Shown here: in pieces, positions 61,463-64,000 of the stretch
Position numbering within the stretch: the first letter of the stretch is position 1
Layout of the letters: each line of letters starts with the position of its first letter
NCBI GenBank assembly: GCA_035268685.1
Contig: DATFKK010000145.1
Span: 168-64,167, forward strand
DNA from: Candidatus Krumholzibacteriia bacterium
GTDB taxonomy: Bacteria > Krumholzibacteriota > Krumholzibacteriia > JAJRXK01
Length of the DNA: 64,000 bases
Direction of reading: 5' to 3'
The notes under the pieces: generated by a model
Told to the model about the DNA's origin: nothing
The model's database searches: none
What the model saw: the letters and a program-made list of their open reading frames with translations, nothing else
Program-made: the position numbers and the translations under genes

Positions 61463-62752
61463 ATGTCGAGTCCATCCGCCGGCGGTGGTCCGGCCGACGA
61501 AGTCCGTCCCGATCCCGAACTCGAGGTGCGGGTCGAGGAGCAGATGCGCGTGATCGAGCGCGGCACCGTCGAGATCCTGCCGCGCGAGGAGATGGCGGCC
61601 AAGGTGGGGCGTTCGATCCGCACGGCGACGCCGTTGCTGGTGAAGGAGGGCTTCGACGCCTCGGCCCCGGACCTGCACCTGGGACACGCTGTGCAACTCC
61701 GCAAGTTGCGGCAGTTCCAGGACCTCGGCCACGAGGTCGTCTTCCTGATCGGCGACTTCACGGCGATGATCGGCGACCCGAGCGGTCGGAGCGCCACGCG
61801 GCCCATGCTGAGCCGTGAGCAGGTCCTGGAGAACGCGGAGTCGTACCGGAGACAGGTGTTCAAGGTGCTGCTGGAAGAGCGCACCCGCGTGGTCTTCAAC
61901 AGCGAGTGGTCGTCGGGAATGGCGGCGGTCGACGTCCTGCGTCTGGCCAGCGAGTCGACCGTCGCGCGCATGCTCGAGCGTGACGACTTCGCCAAACGGT
62001 ACGCCAGCGGAACACCGATCAGCATCCAGGAGTTCCTGTACCCTCTCTTCCAGGCCTACGATTCCGTCCAGCTCGGCAACGACGTCGAGGTCGGCGGAAC
62101 GGATCAGAAATTCAACTTGTTGATGGGGCGACAGTTGCAGCAATCCCGTGGAATGGCTCCCCAGTGCGTGCTCACCCTGCCCCTGCTCGTCGGCACCGAC
62201 GGCACCGAGAAGATGAGCAAGAGCCTGGGCAACGCGATCGGGATCGAAGAGGCGCCGGACGAGATGTTCGGCAAGGTGATGTCGATCCCCGACGCGGCCA
62301 TGCCCTCGTGGTTCGAGCTGGTGTCCAGCCTGGACCTCGACGAGCTCGACGGTGTGAAGGCGCAGCTCGATGCCGGAACGGTGAACCCGAGCCATCTGAA
62401 GCGGCGCCTCGCCCGCGACATCGTGGACCAGTACCACGGCGAGGGGGCGGGGAAGGTCGCCGAGGCTGCATTCGATCGTCTGTTCGTGGACAAGGCCGAG
62501 CCCGACGAGGTCCCACGGCACGAGCGGCCGGCCAGCGGCGAGCCCGTCGGACTGCTGGCGCTGATCGCGGATCTGGGTCTGACGCCGTCCCGCGCGGAAG
62601 CCCGACGCCTCGTCCAGCAGGGCGGAGTGGCGGTCGACGGCGACCGGATCACCGAGATCGGGCACGTTCTGGATGCCTCCGGCGGGTGTCGCTACCGCCT
62701 TCGCGTGGGAAAACGCCGTTTCGCCGACGTGGAATTCCTGGCCGGGGAATGA
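61463..62752 (+). CDS. tyrS: Tyrosine--tRNA ligase
   Basis: HLGH and KMSKS motifs, C-terminal S4-like domain. Alignment to E. coli TyrS suggests the true start may be ATG 61544 (MRVIERG) rather than 61463. Confidence 0.9.
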   Translation: MSSPSAGGGPADEVRPDPELEVRVEEQMRVIERGTVEILPREEMAAKVGRSIRTATPLLVKEGFDASAPDLHLGHAVQLRKLRQFQDLGHEVVFLIGDFTAMIGDPSGRSATRPMLSREQVLENAESYRRQVFKVLLEERTRVVFNSEWSSGMAAVDVLRLASESTVARMLERDDFAKRYASGTPISIQEFLYPLFQAYDSVQLGNDVEVGGTDQKFNLLMGRQLQQSRGMAPQCVLTLPLLVGTDGTEKMSKSLGNAIGIEEAPDEMFGKVMSIPDAAMPSWFELVSSLDLDELDGVKAQLDAGTVNPSHLKRRLARDIVDQYHGEGAGKVAEAAFDRLFVDKAEPDEVPRHERPASGEPVGLLALIADLGLTPSRAEARRLVQQGGVAVDGDRITEIGHVLDASGGCRYRLRVGKRRFADVEFLAGE

Positions 62753-62947
62753 GCTCGGCGCAGGTAAGTGATTTCTTTTCAATGGCTTGAAATCTGGGCC
62801 CGTCCGCTCCGGGGGAGAGGTCGAGATTTTCGTGAAGAAACCCTTGCCGACCCGACGGCGGCGCATATATTCCGCCCTCGCTGCACGCGCCGAGGCGGTC
62901 TCCGATCGCCGACGCCGGACGGCCCTCGAAGCGAACGCAACTAGGTG

Positions 62948-62976
62948 TTGACAGCGAGGGTCTCCGGAATTAGCGT
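62948..62976 (+). promoter_or_regulatory. Candidate rRNA operon promoter (TTGACA-N17-TAGCGT)
   Basis: About 300 nt upstream of the mature 16S 5' end; AT-rich stretch further upstream. Confidence 0.4.
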
Positions 62977-63071
62977 GTCCAGTCCGCCCGCAAATGCGGG
63001 TCCACCGCCCATGGCGGACCGGCCTACGTGAAAGCTCCTCGTCGTTTCGTCGAGGTGTGGCACCGGGCCCG

Positions 63072-63084
63072 GCTCTTTGACAAT
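63072..63084 (+). promoter_or_regulatory. rRNA leader boxA antitermination element (GCTCTTTGACAAT)
   Basis: One mismatch to the bacterial boxA consensus GCTCTTTAACAAT, in the expected position within the 16S leader. Confidence 0.6.
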
Positions 63085-63252
63085 CGAATAGCGTGTAAGA
63101 CCCGATCAATTCCAGGAGACGTGTGATCGTCCTCCCCGACGGATTCGTCCGTCGGAGAGGTAGTTCACAACTCAACGTTAAACGGTGACACGACGTCACG
63201 TGTCACCACTCGAGAACGCGAGTCGGTGCTTCGGCCCCGGCTCTGGTTTTTC

Positions 63253-64000
<748 letters not shown>

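Overview
This is a high-GC (about 70%) bacterial chromosomal window, gene-dense, mostly conserved housekeeping operons on the + strand. No transposases, integrases or CRISPR arrays were seen.

Housekeeping content, in order: a TonB C-terminal fragment; a TolC-like outer-membrane efflux protein plus a stand-alone ABC ATPase; a GWxTD-like lipoprotein, an NlpC/P60 peptidase and a rhomboid-TPR protease; aspartokinase (- strand); radC; the complete mreB-mreC-mreD-mrdA-rodA cell-shape operon; aroE; comF-like; pgk-tpiA-secG; tRNA-Leu(GAG); an EF-G paralog; yebC-ruvC-ruvA-ruvB; queA-tgt-yajC; def-fmt-rsmB; a PASTA-domain protein; rpe; ffh; rpsP-KH-rimM-trmD-rplS-rnhB-yraN; pfkA and rarA (- strand); thymidine phosphorylase; PBP1A (- strand); tyrS; and the rRNA leader with the 5' part of a 16S rRNA.

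Accessory content: a Lys/Ala/Thr-repeat histone H1-like protein encoded by 24-bp tandem repeats; an outer-membrane beta-barrel protein; an 1126-aa S8 subtilase with FG-GAP-like repeats and a T9SS C-terminal sorting domain; a patatin phospholipase; and a minus-strand HDOD, GAF-PP2C phosphatase, STAS partner-switching module.

The most unusual region is 45.4-55.1 kb. It holds a roughly 1990-aa orphan protein with only one recognisable feature, a four-cysteine zinc-ribbon-like motif, divergent from the partner-switching module. Four uncharacterised envelope proteins follow it on the same strand. The conserved N-terminus of trmD lies in frame upstream with no canonical start codon, which implies CTG initiation or a sequence error. 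All domain calls are by eye from the translations; no database searches were run.
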